Origin: a virus
Reading direction: 5' to 3' (one strand)
Virus record (IMG/VR): IMGVR_UViG_3300045988_133735
Length of the DNA stretch: 64,000 nucleotides
Within the stretch, counting starts at the first letter, position 1, and each line of letters opens with the position of its first letter. Positions 1-10,061 of the stretch are shown here, piece after piece. The notes under the pieces are model-generated. The model worked only from the letters and a program-made list of their open reading frames with translations. It ran no database searches and had not been told where the DNA came from. The translations under genes were made by a program, and so were the position numbers.

Positions 1-1217
1 ATACGGAATTTATAAGAACTTGATACGCTCTTGAGTTTACGATTTACCCAACGCTCCAGCTGACGAATCACCGCGAATACAATCATTTGGTCATTTACAG
101 TACACAGATTCAGCGTTGAAGCAGCCGGATCGTCACCGCCGCCAAACAAGATTTTGTTTACACCAGCCTGCGCAAATAGTGTTGCTTCGGCCTTTGCAAC
201 CTCGTTCGTATCACTATTTACACCGCTTTTGTCAAAATTCCAGTCAGTTAATTTCATGGGCGTCAAAATCGCACCAATATTCGGCGGCAACACATTACTC
301 ATCATGTCGTAGAACTCTTTGGCAGTTTCATAGTCAATCAGGAACGAACCATCTTCGTCACTGATAGGGATTTCCATCGCAATGGCTTTGTAGTTGTTGG
401 CTTCGCTTGCGTTCTTGCTAATGGCGCGGTAATCCTCAATATCCGCCAGAGCACTAAATAGACTCACAAACGGCGGAATGGGGATATAGTCATGTTCATT
501 TACCTTAATACAGATTGACTTAGAACTATCCAATTCTTGCCATTTATATAACTGAGTATTGGTTTTATAGGTGTTATACATGGTTTGGAACTCAGGCGGA
601 TAATTCAGTAGCTTGTCTTGGTTTGAATCAAAATATGAAAAGTTAAATGCAAAGTTGTATACACCATCTTCAATGCTGCTGATTTTACAATAGTCTGCAT
701 CTAGGTTCTGGAAAGCAAAACTATCATTTGTCTCCCATGCGTATCCATAATAAACGTCGTCGCGAAATGCAATCGTCAAAATCTTGGTTGCTTCGTGTGG
801 AATATTCATCAGTTCAACAGCTGTGGAGCTTGCGTAGTATGCTTTCTTAAACTTATTCTGATTGATGCTTTTAGATCGATCAAGACCGTAGGGAACAAGC
901 TCATAAGAGAATGTAGACATATTCGCAAAATATTGAATCAGCCGACGATAGTAGTTTGAAATATTGAACAGATATTTGCTCATATTCCGCAGTTGCTTTT
1001 CGTAACTAGCTGGATTAGCAAGATACTTCACGATTTGATCCTTCGTATACTTGGTATATGTCGGATTGGTCTCTGATGTGGATTCAAGATTACGAATACC
1101 GATTTTTGATAAGTTAGCATAGACACCACTTACCAAATCAGAATATGTAACATAAGAGGTTTTTCCACTTTTGGAATTCGTGACCATGACCTTTTTATTC
1201 ATTATATTTTCAGCCAT
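1..1217 (-). CDS. portal protein candidate (N-terminal part; gene runs off the window start)
   Basis: The reverse frame is open from the ATG at 1217 (MAENIMNKKVMVTNSKSGKTSYVTYS...) to position 1. The start overlaps the terminase stop (TAATG). It lies immediately downstream of terL. No competing ORF of 60 aa or more on this strand. Confidence 0.55.
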   Translation of the reverse strand, partial: MAENIMNKKVMVTNSKSGKTSYVTYSDLVSGVYANLSKIGIRNLESTSETNPTYTKYTKDQIVKYLANPASYEKQLRNMSKYLFNISNYYRRLIQYFANMSTFSYELVPYGLDRSKSINQNKFKKAYYASSTAVELMNIPHEATKILTIAFRDDVYYGYAWETNDSFAFQNLDADYCKISSIEDGVYNFAFNFSYFDSNQDKLLNYPPEFQTMYNTYKTNTQLYKWQELDSSKSICIKVNEHDYIPIPPFVSLFSALADIEDYRAISKNASEANNYKAIAMEIPISDEDGSFLIDYETAKEFYDMMSNVLPPNIGAILTPMKLTDWNFDKSGVNSDTNEVAKAEATLFAQAGVNKILFGGGDDPAASTLNLCTVNDQMIVFAVIRQLERWVNRKLKSVSSSYKFR

Positions 1218-2974
1218 TACAGCCCTCCCTTCTTCAATATTGGCGCACGGAAGTTAAAATCAAGCAGCTTCGGTTTGTTATGCCGTTTCTCCATGCTGCG
1301 CTCAACTTGCTGCGCAATATAATAATTGTAGGACAGGGAAGAGTAACGGTCTTTGCGACATCCAGATTTCTCCTTGACCTTGATTACGTTATTTACTGTT
1401 TCGTAGCCCAAATTAACAAGTTCGTTCACTGCAAGACCGGTGTTGATATATGGCATTTGTAGAGCAGCTCGTTCGCTGGGTGACATTTTATCATACCCTT
1501 TATACAACTTGCGTAGCTGATCTTCGCAGCTATACTCGCTTTGTAAAAGGTGGATTCGCCCCTGCTGGAAACCACTACGTAGACCAATAGCAACATCACT
1601 ATTAAATTGTGCGCTACCCATAATAGCCCAAATGACCTTCTTAGCGGCCTTATCAGAACAACGATCAGCAATTTCTGAATTGTTGCAGCAGCTGATTGCC
1701 GGATAAGTTTCGCCAGTTTCAGGATCGTAGATATCACGCATAAGTAGGTCGATCAGCGGAATACCAACTGAGCGAGCGTCGATGCCGAGATAATCACAGT
1801 TAAAATATTCAAAGTAGCGGCGCAGTTTCAGTGCTTGATCTTGTACGCTCATACCTTCAACGTTCTCTGAGTAAACGAAATTACTTGTATAACGTCCAGA
1901 TTTGTTTGGTATCATACAATTAAGGAAGATACTTGTTGCGTCATTGTCATTTTTCTTGGAACTCATCAATGCGATATCGGCAGTTAAAATGCGAATCTCT
2001 CCGTTTTTCTTTTTGGGGATATCTGTTGCAGTAGGGGAGAGCACGATATTTGGCGCGTAGTATGCTTTTTCGATAACGCGAGTTTTGTTGATGTCGTCGA
2101 ACTGGAATAGCCCACCTTCAATTGAGCCAATCCATTCAGTCAGCATTTCCATTGAGAACTTCAGGTCGGAAAAACTTGATTCGGACATTTCATCTTCGAC
2201 GGCCTCTTTCAACAACAAACCTTCTTTGATACTCATTCTGTAATCAAAAGCACAACAATAATATTTTTTACTACGATCAATCATATTTACAAAATAGTCC
2301 TTACATTTTTCGTAGCTCCAGTGATTCTGGAACCATGCAGAACTAAGATAAAACTCTTGATTTCGTTCAGCCATGTGTTTATATTCTGGTTTGTCTAAAT
2401 ATCCGGGATGGCGAACAATATTTAGGAATTTTTTCAAAACCATATTGATGATATCTTCATCCATCATGCGGTATTCGTCGACCAAAATTAAATTTGCTCG
2501 TGCACCACGCGCAGAGTCGGTAGCCGTCACAACTTTAACGTAACTGCCATTTTTGAATATAATTTCTGCTTTCTGATTGTTGATGTCGACTTTTTTGATT
2601 TCGGATTGTAATAAAGGACTGTTTGGTACAAGTTCCTTCATTATTTTTTCGTCCAAAATATTGATAGATTGTGTTCGCACTTTACATGCAATAATACACT
2701 TCGTGCCCGGCCACAATAGGCATTTAATCACAATAAAGACAGCGGTTAAAAAAGATTTGCCTAGACCGCGAGCAGCAATGAAACAAAAGCCTGTACTTCG
2801 AACCATTAAATACAACAAAATCTGCTGAAATAATTTCAAATTCAGATTCAAATATTCTTTGGCGAAGCGTTGCGGATTTTTTCTATAATATCCACAATAC
2901 CAAGCAACTGCATTCATTATTTTTTCTGATTTACTATTTGCTACTTCTTTGTCTGTTAATTTTTCTTTTGTCAA
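1217..2974 (-). CDS. terL: terminase large subunit
   Basis: 585 aa. Walker A-like AARGLGKSF and Walker B LILVDEY, with a C-terminal nuclease-sized domain. Gene order is small-terminase candidate, terL, portal. Confidence 0.85.
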   Translation of the reverse strand: MTKEKLTDKEVANSKSEKIMNAVAWYCGYYRKNPQRFAKEYLNLNLKLFQQILLYLMVRSTGFCFIAARGLGKSFLTAVFIVIKCLLWPGTKCIIACKVRTQSINILDEKIMKELVPNSPLLQSEIKKVDINNQKAEIIFKNGSYVKVVTATDSARGARANLILVDEYRMMDEDIINMVLKKFLNIVRHPGYLDKPEYKHMAERNQEFYLSSAWFQNHWSYEKCKDYFVNMIDRSKKYYCCAFDYRMSIKEGLLLKEAVEDEMSESSFSDLKFSMEMLTEWIGSIEGGLFQFDDINKTRVIEKAYYAPNIVLSPTATDIPKKKNGEIRILTADIALMSSKKNDNDATSIFLNCMIPNKSGRYTSNFVYSENVEGMSVQDQALKLRRYFEYFNCDYLGIDARSVGIPLIDLLMRDIYDPETGETYPAISCCNNSEIADRCSDKAAKKVIWAIMGSAQFNSDVAIGLRSGFQQGRIHLLQSEYSCEDQLRKLYKGYDKMSPSERAALQMPYINTGLAVNELVNLGYETVNNVIKVKEKSGCRKDRYSSLSYNYYIAQQVERSMEKRHNKPKLLDFNFRAPILKKGGL

Positions 2975-3969
2975 GGAGAACCACCGCCCTCACTGATACC
3001 AAAGATGGTTTCACGTAAGCTGGTGTCTGCGGTGTCGTCTTCTATAGCTTCTGGTTTATGCGCGGTATACTTTTCCATTTCCTCATCAAATTCGGTTTGA
3101 TATGGATTGTTTAAATGAAACATTTTTAAAAGTGAACCAAGTACCCACACTCTAAAATACTTTCCAATCCCATCGACATCCTGCCATTCAGGCGCGGGTT
3201 CTGGAATTGGTCTCTCTTCCTCCCATTTTTGAATCAATGTTCCGAAAGTGTTAGTTTCAGCCAGCGCGTTATCGTTCGTCTGATTCGGTTTAATCTGAGC
3301 TGAACCCATTAGATTCTGAAGGTTGTCGTTTGCCTCTTTTATTTTCTTTGTGTCGCCTGTAGCGTCTGCCTTTTCACAATTGAGTTCACCCTTTGCAATG
3401 CGCTTGAAGAGAATTTCCTGTGCAGCAGTTTTACACTCGTGGCGAGTAATTAGATTCTGATAGTGATCCTCGAGAAATAAATAATCTTGTTCATCCAGAC
3501 CAGCGCCCCAGAAATTTCTCATTTTTTGTGTCACTTTTGTATTTGCAACACGACCAGCAGCCAAGGCTTCTTTTTTCTTCCGATCGATCACATCGTCATA
3601 AGATTTTCCTGCATGCTGCTTCATATTGAGTCGTCCCATATAGGTATTGATTTTTGGAGTATATGTTTGAGCATGATCAGAAGCTTCAAGTATTTTATCA
3701 TCTACATAAGTATCAAACATCATAGCTAAACGATCGATCGCTTCATCTTCGTTGTTGTATTTCTTTGCATAGAAATCAAACATTTGCTCACGGCACTCGT
3801 TACACCATGGCAGATATCCATCGTTACCCATAAACCACTGACTCTGCGTTTTTGAGAAATTTCCCTTGCGCACATCATAGATCTTTCCGCAGCACATACA
3901 TTTACCACCACTCCATGAGGCAGGGACCTTAATGCGTGGCGGTTTCTTTTCAACGGCGGTTCTGGCCAT
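2971..3969 (-). CDS. Zn-ribbon DNA-binding protein, possible small terminase subunit
   Basis: 332 aa, directly upstream of and overlapping terL. N-terminal CxxC...CxxC (CMCCGK...WCNEC). The function is positional inference only. Confidence 0.3.
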   Translation of the reverse strand: MARTAVEKKPPRIKVPASWSGGKCMCCGKIYDVRKGNFSKTQSQWFMGNDGYLPWCNECREQMFDFYAKKYNNEDEAIDRLAMMFDTYVDDKILEASDHAQTYTPKINTYMGRLNMKQHAGKSYDDVIDRKKKEALAAGRVANTKVTQKMRNFWGAGLDEQDYLFLEDHYQNLITRHECKTAAQEILFKRIAKGELNCEKADATGDTKKIKEANDNLQNLMGSAQIKPNQTNDNALAETNTFGTLIQKWEEERPIPEPAPEWQDVDGIGKYFRVWVLGSLLKMFHLNNPYQTEFDEEMEKYTAHKPEAIEDDTADTSLRETIFGISEGGGSP

Positions 3970-4210
3970 AGTCCTTCACCACCGTTCCGTCATCTGACAT
4001 ATTGTCGAAGCGATACTTGATATCATCCCACAGTTTTAAAATTTCATTGAGCTTCTTTGTCTTGTGGAACTTTGTATATACAGAGCCCGTAGTTGGATGC
4101 TCTCCGATCTCCTCATAAAAAATTCCCATTGCACGAATAAAGAACGCGCAGCGGCGGGAATAACAGTAGAAGTAATCGCCTCCTAAATCTTTATGAAATT
4201 TTTCTTCCAT
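3950..4210 (-). CDS. hypothetical protein
   Basis: 86-aa ORF co-oriented with and overlapping the next gene by 20 nt. Confidence 0.5.
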   Translation of the reverse strand: MEEKFHKDLGGDYFYCYSRRCAFFIRAMGIFYEEIGEHPTTGSVYTKFHKTKKLNEILKLWDDIKYRFDNMSDDGTVVKDYGQNRR

Positions 4211-4247
4211 CTCCGAATTTTGGAACCCCCTTTACAATTTAATTTCA

Positions 4248-4337
4248 TGGGTACAGGTATGCGAGTCGAACGCATCTAAGATTTCTCTTTTGTCTCAGCT
4301 TATGAGGCTGGCCAGCACACCGGCGCTGTCACCTGCG
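4248..4337 (-). tRNA. unusual tRNA (anticodon CAU) with tRNASec/allo-tRNA-like architecture
   Basis: Reverse-complement read: CGCAGGTG A CAGCGC-CGGT-GTGCTG G CCAGC-CTCATAA-GCTGA, long variable arm (AAGA-GAAA-TCTT), ATGCG-TTCGACT-CGCAT, ACCTGTA C CCA. It has a 6-bp D stem with a 4-nt CGGU loop, a canonical T loop, an encoded CCA and a C1-A72 mismatch. Confidence 0.6.
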
Positions 4338-4341
4338 ACAT

Positions 4342-4376
4342 ATAAAAACGCCCTGAGCAGTTAAGCCCAGAGCGTC
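4342..4376 (-). terminator. Rho-independent terminator candidate
   Basis: On the reverse strand, ACGCTCTGGGC-TTAACT-GCTCAGGGCGT is followed by TTTTTAT. It sits directly after the stop of the 4385-5584 gene and before the tRNA. Confidence 0.6.
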
Positions 4377-4384
4377 TAAATCTG

Positions 4385-5584
4385 TTAAATTACTATCTTT
4401 GCTGGCTTTTCAAGCTTCACATCATACAGACAAGTCAAACCATCATCAGCAATAACGGCTACGGCTTGCTGTGGGATATCATTCTTACGAATACCGACAG
4501 CGTAACCATCAGTACCGCATACGCAGCCGCTTTCAATAACCTTTGTCCCGTGCACAGTTGTCATTCCGTTTGTGTGGCGATGCCCGAGGAAGACTAAATC
4601 AATCGGCTGTTTCACCATCATGGTCAAGTGTTCGACGACGTTGGCAGGGGAGTCTTTATCTCCATGTGCATACATCACCAGACTATTACGAGCCTTAAAT
4701 CCACCAAACGTAGGATCAAGCTTCTCTGTTTTTACTTCAATGCCAGCCAGATTCTGTAGCCGTGCCTTCATATAGAACGGAATCAGCGCTTCGAGTTCGT
4801 CTCCGGCAACTTGTTCTTCCTTGTTGGGAAAAACCCGTGAATGATTGCCGCTGACCGAATACACATCAATGTGTTGGCATACTTCGTACAGTTCTGCTAC
4901 AAAGTTGCTCACCAACTCTGCGGCTGTCATAACCTGTTCGATACTATTTTCATTGTTCTGAACTCGAGTGTTGATATGAATATGGCCATTGATAAGATCA
5001 CCAAGCAACAGCACATGAATCTTTTCAGCGGCATGTCTCTCAACAATGTTAAATACCTGAGTGACATAGCTTTCCAGCCTTGCCTTTAAAATTTCCTTAT
5101 CAAACTTGTTCCATGCGGAGTCAATGCCAACGCCTGTATGTAAGTCAGATAGGCACACAATTAAGTCATGTCCGCTGCCTTCGTACTGTACGATATTCAG
5201 AAAATCATTCTTGTCGTAGGGCACAACAGCACTTGCGATCATTTCCTTGATGGATTCAGCACGCGCAATATCACGATAAACCTTGTTTGTTGCCGCCCGC
5301 TCGTCTCGCATCTTGACCTGTTCTATCTTCAACCGCTGCAACTCGTCTGCCACAGTGCTACCGCACATATGTTCAAGCGCGTAGTCGTAGCCGGCTTTCC
5401 ACGATTTGTACTTTTTTCGATAAGCACATTCCCCAAAATTGGAATTTGTAGCTTCGTTCAAAACTACGGCTGCTTGATCCCATGTTAATTTTCGCTCAGA
5501 GCACGCATTGCCAATACGCATCATGTACTCGTCAAAGGATTCGTCATCCGTCTTTCTGAATTCATTCTTTTTAATTTCGTCCAT
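4385..5584 (-). CDS. calcineurin-like metallophosphoesterase
   Basis: 399 aa with the ordered motifs LSDLHTG, GDLINGH, SGNHS and GHRH. Confidence 0.7.
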   Translation of the reverse strand: MDEIKKNEFRKTDDESFDEYMMRIGNACSERKLTWDQAAVVLNEATNSNFGECAYRKKYKSWKAGYDYALEHMCGSTVADELQRLKIEQVKMRDERAATNKVYRDIARAESIKEMIASAVVPYDKNDFLNIVQYEGSGHDLIVCLSDLHTGVGIDSAWNKFDKEILKARLESYVTQVFNIVERHAAEKIHVLLLGDLINGHIHINTRVQNNENSIEQVMTAAELVSNFVAELYEVCQHIDVYSVSGNHSRVFPNKEEQVAGDELEALIPFYMKARLQNLAGIEVKTEKLDPTFGGFKARNSLVMYAHGDKDSPANVVEHLTMMVKQPIDLVFLGHRHTNGMTTVHGTKVIESGCVCGTDGYAVGIRKNDIPQQAVAVIADDGLTCLYDVKLEKPAKIVI

Positions 5585-5592
5585 TCTGCACC

Positions 5593-5790
5593 TCAGATCT
5601 CAAAATTAGAGTTGGTGCGATGAGTGCGATTTAGCTCGCGCAATGCCTTCTCGGCTTCAACATTGCCGGGCAGCTGGGTTAGAACAGACTTGATTTCTTC
5701 CGCGTACCATTTATGAGTAGTGCGAGTAATATGCACATTAGGGATGATCTTCCGCAGGTAAGTTGCTTCGTTCTTAGTAATTTCAATCAT
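5593..5790 (-). CDS. hypothetical protein
   Basis: 65-aa ORF, co-oriented and tightly packed. Confidence 0.45.
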   Translation of the reverse strand: MIEITKNEATYLRKIIPNVHITRTTHKWYAEEIKSVLTQLPGNVEAEKALRELNRTHRTNSNFEI

Positions 5791-5878
5791 ATGTATTAAA
5801 TCTCCTTTTAAATTTAAAGTTGAAAGAGATATACCCTTTCATATATTAAGAAAATAAAGTTAATTTCGTGTATCTTCG

Positions 5879-6673
5879 TCAATTCCGTTTGATTTTTGCT
5901 AACCGTGCCTTCTCTTTGTCTGTAGCACACTCTTTGCAATATAGACTGGCATTCGGTCTCTTTGCGATATACTTTTCACCACAAACAGTACAATAACATT
6001 CTTTGGGATCAAACAATTCCCGTGCCACTTTACTGAGGTTCAGTCGGTTGTTCTCAAGTGTTACATTGAAGGTGTATGCAATTACGTCATCTTTATCAAG
6101 TGCAAAATTCGGATATGTATATAAGCAGCCAATATCGTCTGTTCCAGTTCGATAGAGTAGATGATGCACATCAGACAGTTCGTACATGCCGCGTACTGTG
6201 TTATATCCATCGTCCCAGTTGGACCCACCGCGATACATGATTTCGGTCTGTTCATCAAAACATTTCCCAAACCGCTTCATTTTAAAATCAGTGTCTAATG
6301 CCACCGTGTCACTGCCATACAATCGGCAGAAGAAGATAATTCCAAGCAAGACTCTAAGTTGTGCCCAGTTGATGTGATAGCGGCGACGAGCGTCGGTGAT
6401 ATAATCTAAATCTTTCTGATATAAAACAACTTGATGTACGTCAAGTATTGGTGCGTTATTTTTGCGCCCTCGGCTGAATGTTTGAATCAGATGGCTGCGA
6501 TCATAACTGACAGACTCGGGGTTTCGCATTCGTTCATAATAAATCGTGGCACATTCAATAGGGGAGAGGCTTGTCCGCTTTAATAAATTACGCAGCATCA
6601 GGTTTGACTCGTGATAGTATTTCCAATTGTCAAGAAGCATATTTTCGTTGCAATAAAATGTCGTATAAGCCAT
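5879..6673 (-). CDS. hypothetical protein with C-terminal Zn ribbon
   Basis: 264 aa, with C-terminal CTVCGEKY...YCKEC. Confidence 0.5.
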   Translation of the reverse strand: MAYTTFYCNENMLLDNWKYYHESNLMLRNLLKRTSLSPIECATIYYERMRNPESVSYDRSHLIQTFSRGRKNNAPILDVHQVVLYQKDLDYITDARRRYHINWAQLRVLLGIIFFCRLYGSDTVALDTDFKMKRFGKCFDEQTEIMYRGGSNWDDGYNTVRGMYELSDVHHLLYRTGTDDIGCLYTYPNFALDKDDVIAYTFNVTLENNRLNLSKVARELFDPKECYCTVCGEKYIAKRPNASLYCKECATDKEKARLAKIKRN

Positions 6674-6682
6674 TTAACCTCC

Positions 6683-6958
6683 TTACTCGATTGGTACAAT
6701 ATTGCCATCAATATAACGACAAAGCTGTCCATGTTCGTTATAGTATGGAGCCATATAGCTCGCTCCTGCACCACCACTAATGTAATAATACATAACTTTT
6801 GTATCCTTGGCGTACACGATAGAAGTATTCAAAATATGATAAAAATTGTCACTATAATTGTCGGCCCAATTACCATATTGGTCTTCTTTTGTACCGCAGC
6901 CAGTCAGCAAACATCCTATCAAACAGATGGAAATCAATATAACAAAAACCCTCTTCAT
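6683..6958 (-). CDS. lipoprotein
   Basis: 91 aa with a signal peptide plus lipobox (MKRVFVILISICLIGCLLTGC). Confidence 0.6.
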   Translation of the reverse strand: MKRVFVILISICLIGCLLTGCGTKEDQYGNWADNYSDNFYHILNTSIVYAKDTKVMYYYISGGAGASYMAPYYNEHGQLCRYIDGNIVPIE

Positions 6959-7215
6959 TCTGTTTTGTCCTCCCAGCCCACAGATTCATGAGCGAATTTT
7001 TGGATACGTTGAGCTTCGTCCCAGCTAAACATCATCTCGCCGCAATTCGCACATTTCATGGCGGTAACATTTGAGGCTTCGAGTTCCTGTCCACGGCAGT
7101 GGAATTTATATGTCAGCCCATTTGTCAGTGTCATAGTTCCGCCGCACTTGGGGCATTCCATCTGCTGCGGGGTTTCTGCGTGCTGTGGTTTCTTTTTTTT
7201 GAACAGATTAAACAT
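6955..7215 (-). CDS. Zn-ribbon protein
   Basis: 86 aa with CPKCGG...CANCGE. ATGA-type overlap with its neighbours. Confidence 0.5.
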   Translation of the reverse strand: MFNLFKKKKPQHAETPQQMECPKCGGTMTLTNGLTYKFHCRGQELEASNVTAMKCANCGEMMFSWDEAQRIQKFAHESVGWEDKTE

Positions 7216-7498
7216 CGATATTCACCTCTGCTGATTCTGGATAAAATTCTGAATCACCTGAAACATTTTTGCATTGTTGGATTATCTCATTAACCTTTGT
7301 TGTATACGCAGTTTTACAATCGGCGCAATAGAATATATTAACGTTCTGAATTTTGATTTCTTGATGAGGTGTATTTTTGTTTTTGACTTTTATATCCTTT
7401 ATAACAGCAGGATATACTCTTGTTGAATAACAAAATGGACAATAAAACATATTCTTTTCAAGTTCAGCTATATTTATAAAATATTTAAAATCATTCAT
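7208..7498 (-). CDS. Zn-finger protein
   Basis: 96 aa with CPFC...CADC. Confidence 0.45.
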   Translation of the reverse strand: MNDFKYFINIAELEKNMFYCPFCYSTRVYPAVIKDIKVKNKNTPHQEIKIQNVNIFYCADCKTAYTTKVNEIIQQCKNVSGDSEFYPESAEVNIDV

Positions 7499-7499
7499 A

Positions 7500-10058
7500 T
7501 CATTTCACCCTCGCCTCATAAATTTTTGGTTCAGCTAAACTATATCGTTGACCAAGGTATTCATACTTGCCATTCGGGTCGTGAACTGGTAACTGCACTG
7601 GAACGGGTTTGATATTTTCAACTACGCCAGCACCAGCCATGTGCCACAAGAACTTTTTAAACTTGTTAGGATATTTTTCATAGCACAGCACCACTAGAAT
7701 GTTAGCCAACTCACGAACATCGGGGCAGACCAGCTTGCACTTGTTACGATACACGTTATAGATTGCTTGCCAGTTGGTTTCATAGGTCTTTGCTTCTTCT
7801 TTCGTCATGATGCCTTCAAGCTCTTTACGATAGAGTTTCCAGTTTTTAGCTTTCTTTTCGAGCTCTAACTGGTTCTTGCGGTATTTATTAAAGTCCAGAA
7901 AGATGGCTTCGATCTCATTAAATACATCCTGATCATAGCCGATTTCAGAATCGTACATTATGTGCCAATTAAAACTGCCAGCGGGCTCTTTATGCCAACG
8001 GACACCACGCTCCCAACGCTCGAGACTCATACAGAGCAGATTCATATTGCTATGTGCTTTACTGAGATTATGTAAACGTGCGTAGTAAGGGCCATTGTAT
8101 TTGAAAAAATAAGGCATTCCGCTTGCTTTTGCCCATTTGCTGATTTGACGAGGAATAGGGTAGAGTACGCCAGTTTTTGCGAAATCCACAGCTTTTCCGT
8201 TTGCAACAGAGAGAAGATCAATATAATCTTCATACAGTTGCTTGGTCTCTTCTGTACGAGCAACACGATTGTGATATACGGAAGCCATATTGCTAATCTC
8301 ACCAATCATGCTTTTCAACCCACGAAGAGTACAGGCAAGTTTATTTTCAAGGTTATCTACCTGAGCGAGACTGGTGACTTTATCTTCGATATCGATCGTA
8401 ACATATCCATCGTCTGGAATAGTATTGATAATAATTGATTCATTTGATAACAAGGTAAGGTCCCCGTCGTAGTCGGCCCCTGAAAGTCTCGCAGGAACGA
8501 TAGATTTTACATTGATCATACAGCAATTAACGAGATGATTGCAATATTTTTGAGTCAAATCGTTATCAACACCCTTTAATTTGACATGTTCTTGGTGGCA
8601 GATGTGGGGGTTGCGTCCCAATGCGCGTTCACCCAAAATGACACCACGTCGATCAAAACTATAAAATTCATCAGAATCAAGGCACCCATTTATGGGAAGG
8701 CCAGCAATTGCTTCCATTAATGCAATTTGGTCAGGAAGTAGAAATTTAAATGTTGCATCAAAAAACAATTTTCCACACTTGAATCCATTACGATATTTAT
8801 CAAGAAGGCTATGAAAATAATCTTTAACGCTAGGTTCGTGAGCCATATCAGGATTACGAATAATAGCAGCGACGTAATGATTAAGAGGTTCAGTATTATC
8901 AGCCAGCGCACCAAGAAAACAGTATGTAAAAATAGGGTCCCCACTTACGATTTTTTCATACCAATCTACAGACTTATCCGCCAAGTGTTTGAATTCTTCA
9001 AATGGAACTGAGGAAAGATCTTGTATGAGCTGATAATTACCAAGGCTAACTAAATTTTCCTTATCTGCTTGATAGTTCCATTTTGCAATGCCTAACGCAT
9101 GATCGTATTTTAAGGAGAGCTCTTTATAGTGATTCCAGTCACTTACAGTACCGGTATGCTTAAAATACTTATAACCTTTATACATACTTTCACAAGCAAT
9201 AAACATTGGCTCAGCATCACGGGTTACAGAATGCTTTACACCCCAAATATCAGTAATTTCGGTAACACCACGTTCTTCATAAAAAGCAACATAGTCCATT
9301 TCATTAAAAACGCCTTTAAAATATGGCATACGGAAAACCATGCTATTAATTCGTTCGGTTGTTCCAATCCGCTGTTCAACTTCACGCATCAAGGAAGGAT
9401 GTGCGATGCCACATCCGTCAAACATGTTGATTTCAATATCTGTTTCTTTTTTAGCAATAGCCTTTTGCTTCCATGTGCGTTTAGTGCCAGTTTTTCGATC
9501 TGTAAATTCAACCTCTTCATCATGGACATATTTGATTTTTTGATTCGGAATAGTCGTGAACGTATCTGGAACAATAACAATTTTTGGGAACCATTCTCTG
9601 AGTGCAATACAATGGCAACTCGAAAGTACAAGACCACGATAAGCATAGTATTTGCTTAAAACGGTTGGATTGTCACTAAAATCCAAATCCATACTAATTC
9701 GTTTATTTACTTCTGGCCAAACATGAGATTCAACCATTGAAAAAATAAATTGGCGAATCATAGAGGCACTTCTGTCTCCAAAAGAGAAATGATATTTACC
9801 GATTTTTGCGCCATGCTCAATTAAGTGACGAACTACTTTTGGTTTGTTTTGCGCTCCAGTTGCGTCGATAAATACAATAAATGGATTATAATCATCATAG
9901 TTATTAGATACGATTCTAATTTGACGAAGTAACATTGTATCAGATTGAAGCACCTGATATTGAATATCGTTCGCAACTTCAGTAGGAATCTTATAATTAT
10001 ATTTTATAAACAAGCTTAGAGGATACTTGCGTACTGTATAACTTTTAGGACTGATCAA
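7500..10058 (-). CDS. YonO-like single-subunit (two-barrel, RdRP-related) RNA polymerase candidate
   Basis: 852 aa containing SGADYDGDLTLL, a DxDGD metal-binding loop like that of cellular RdRPs and SPbeta YonO. The size is close to YonO and it lies in the late block. Confidence 0.5.
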   Translation of the reverse strand: MISPKSYTVRKYPLSLFIKYNYKIPTEVANDIQYQVLQSDTMLLRQIRIVSNNYDDYNPFIVFIDATGAQNKPKVVRHLIEHGAKIGKYHFSFGDRSASMIRQFIFSMVESHVWPEVNKRISMDLDFSDNPTVLSKYYAYRGLVLSSCHCIALREWFPKIVIVPDTFTTIPNQKIKYVHDEEVEFTDRKTGTKRTWKQKAIAKKETDIEINMFDGCGIAHPSLMREVEQRIGTTERINSMVFRMPYFKGVFNEMDYVAFYEERGVTEITDIWGVKHSVTRDAEPMFIACESMYKGYKYFKHTGTVSDWNHYKELSLKYDHALGIAKWNYQADKENLVSLGNYQLIQDLSSVPFEEFKHLADKSVDWYEKIVSGDPIFTYCFLGALADNTEPLNHYVAAIIRNPDMAHEPSVKDYFHSLLDKYRNGFKCGKLFFDATFKFLLPDQIALMEAIAGLPINGCLDSDEFYSFDRRGVILGERALGRNPHICHQEHVKLKGVDNDLTQKYCNHLVNCCMINVKSIVPARLSGADYDGDLTLLSNESIIINTIPDDGYVTIDIEDKVTSLAQVDNLENKLACTLRGLKSMIGEISNMASVYHNRVARTEETKQLYEDYIDLLSVANGKAVDFAKTGVLYPIPRQISKWAKASGMPYFFKYNGPYYARLHNLSKAHSNMNLLCMSLERWERGVRWHKEPAGSFNWHIMYDSEIGYDQDVFNEIEAIFLDFNKYRKNQLELEKKAKNWKLYRKELEGIMTKEEAKTYETNWQAIYNVYRNKCKLVCPDVRELANILVVLCYEKYPNKFKKFLWHMAGAGVVENIKPVPVQLPVHDPNGKYEYLGQRYSLAEPKIYEARVK

Positions 10059-10061
10059 GTT

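Noticed and set aside
116-364. 82-aa forward ORF
   Set aside because: It lies inside and antisense to the open portal-candidate frame. It has no RBS and a biased Arg/His/Gln composition.
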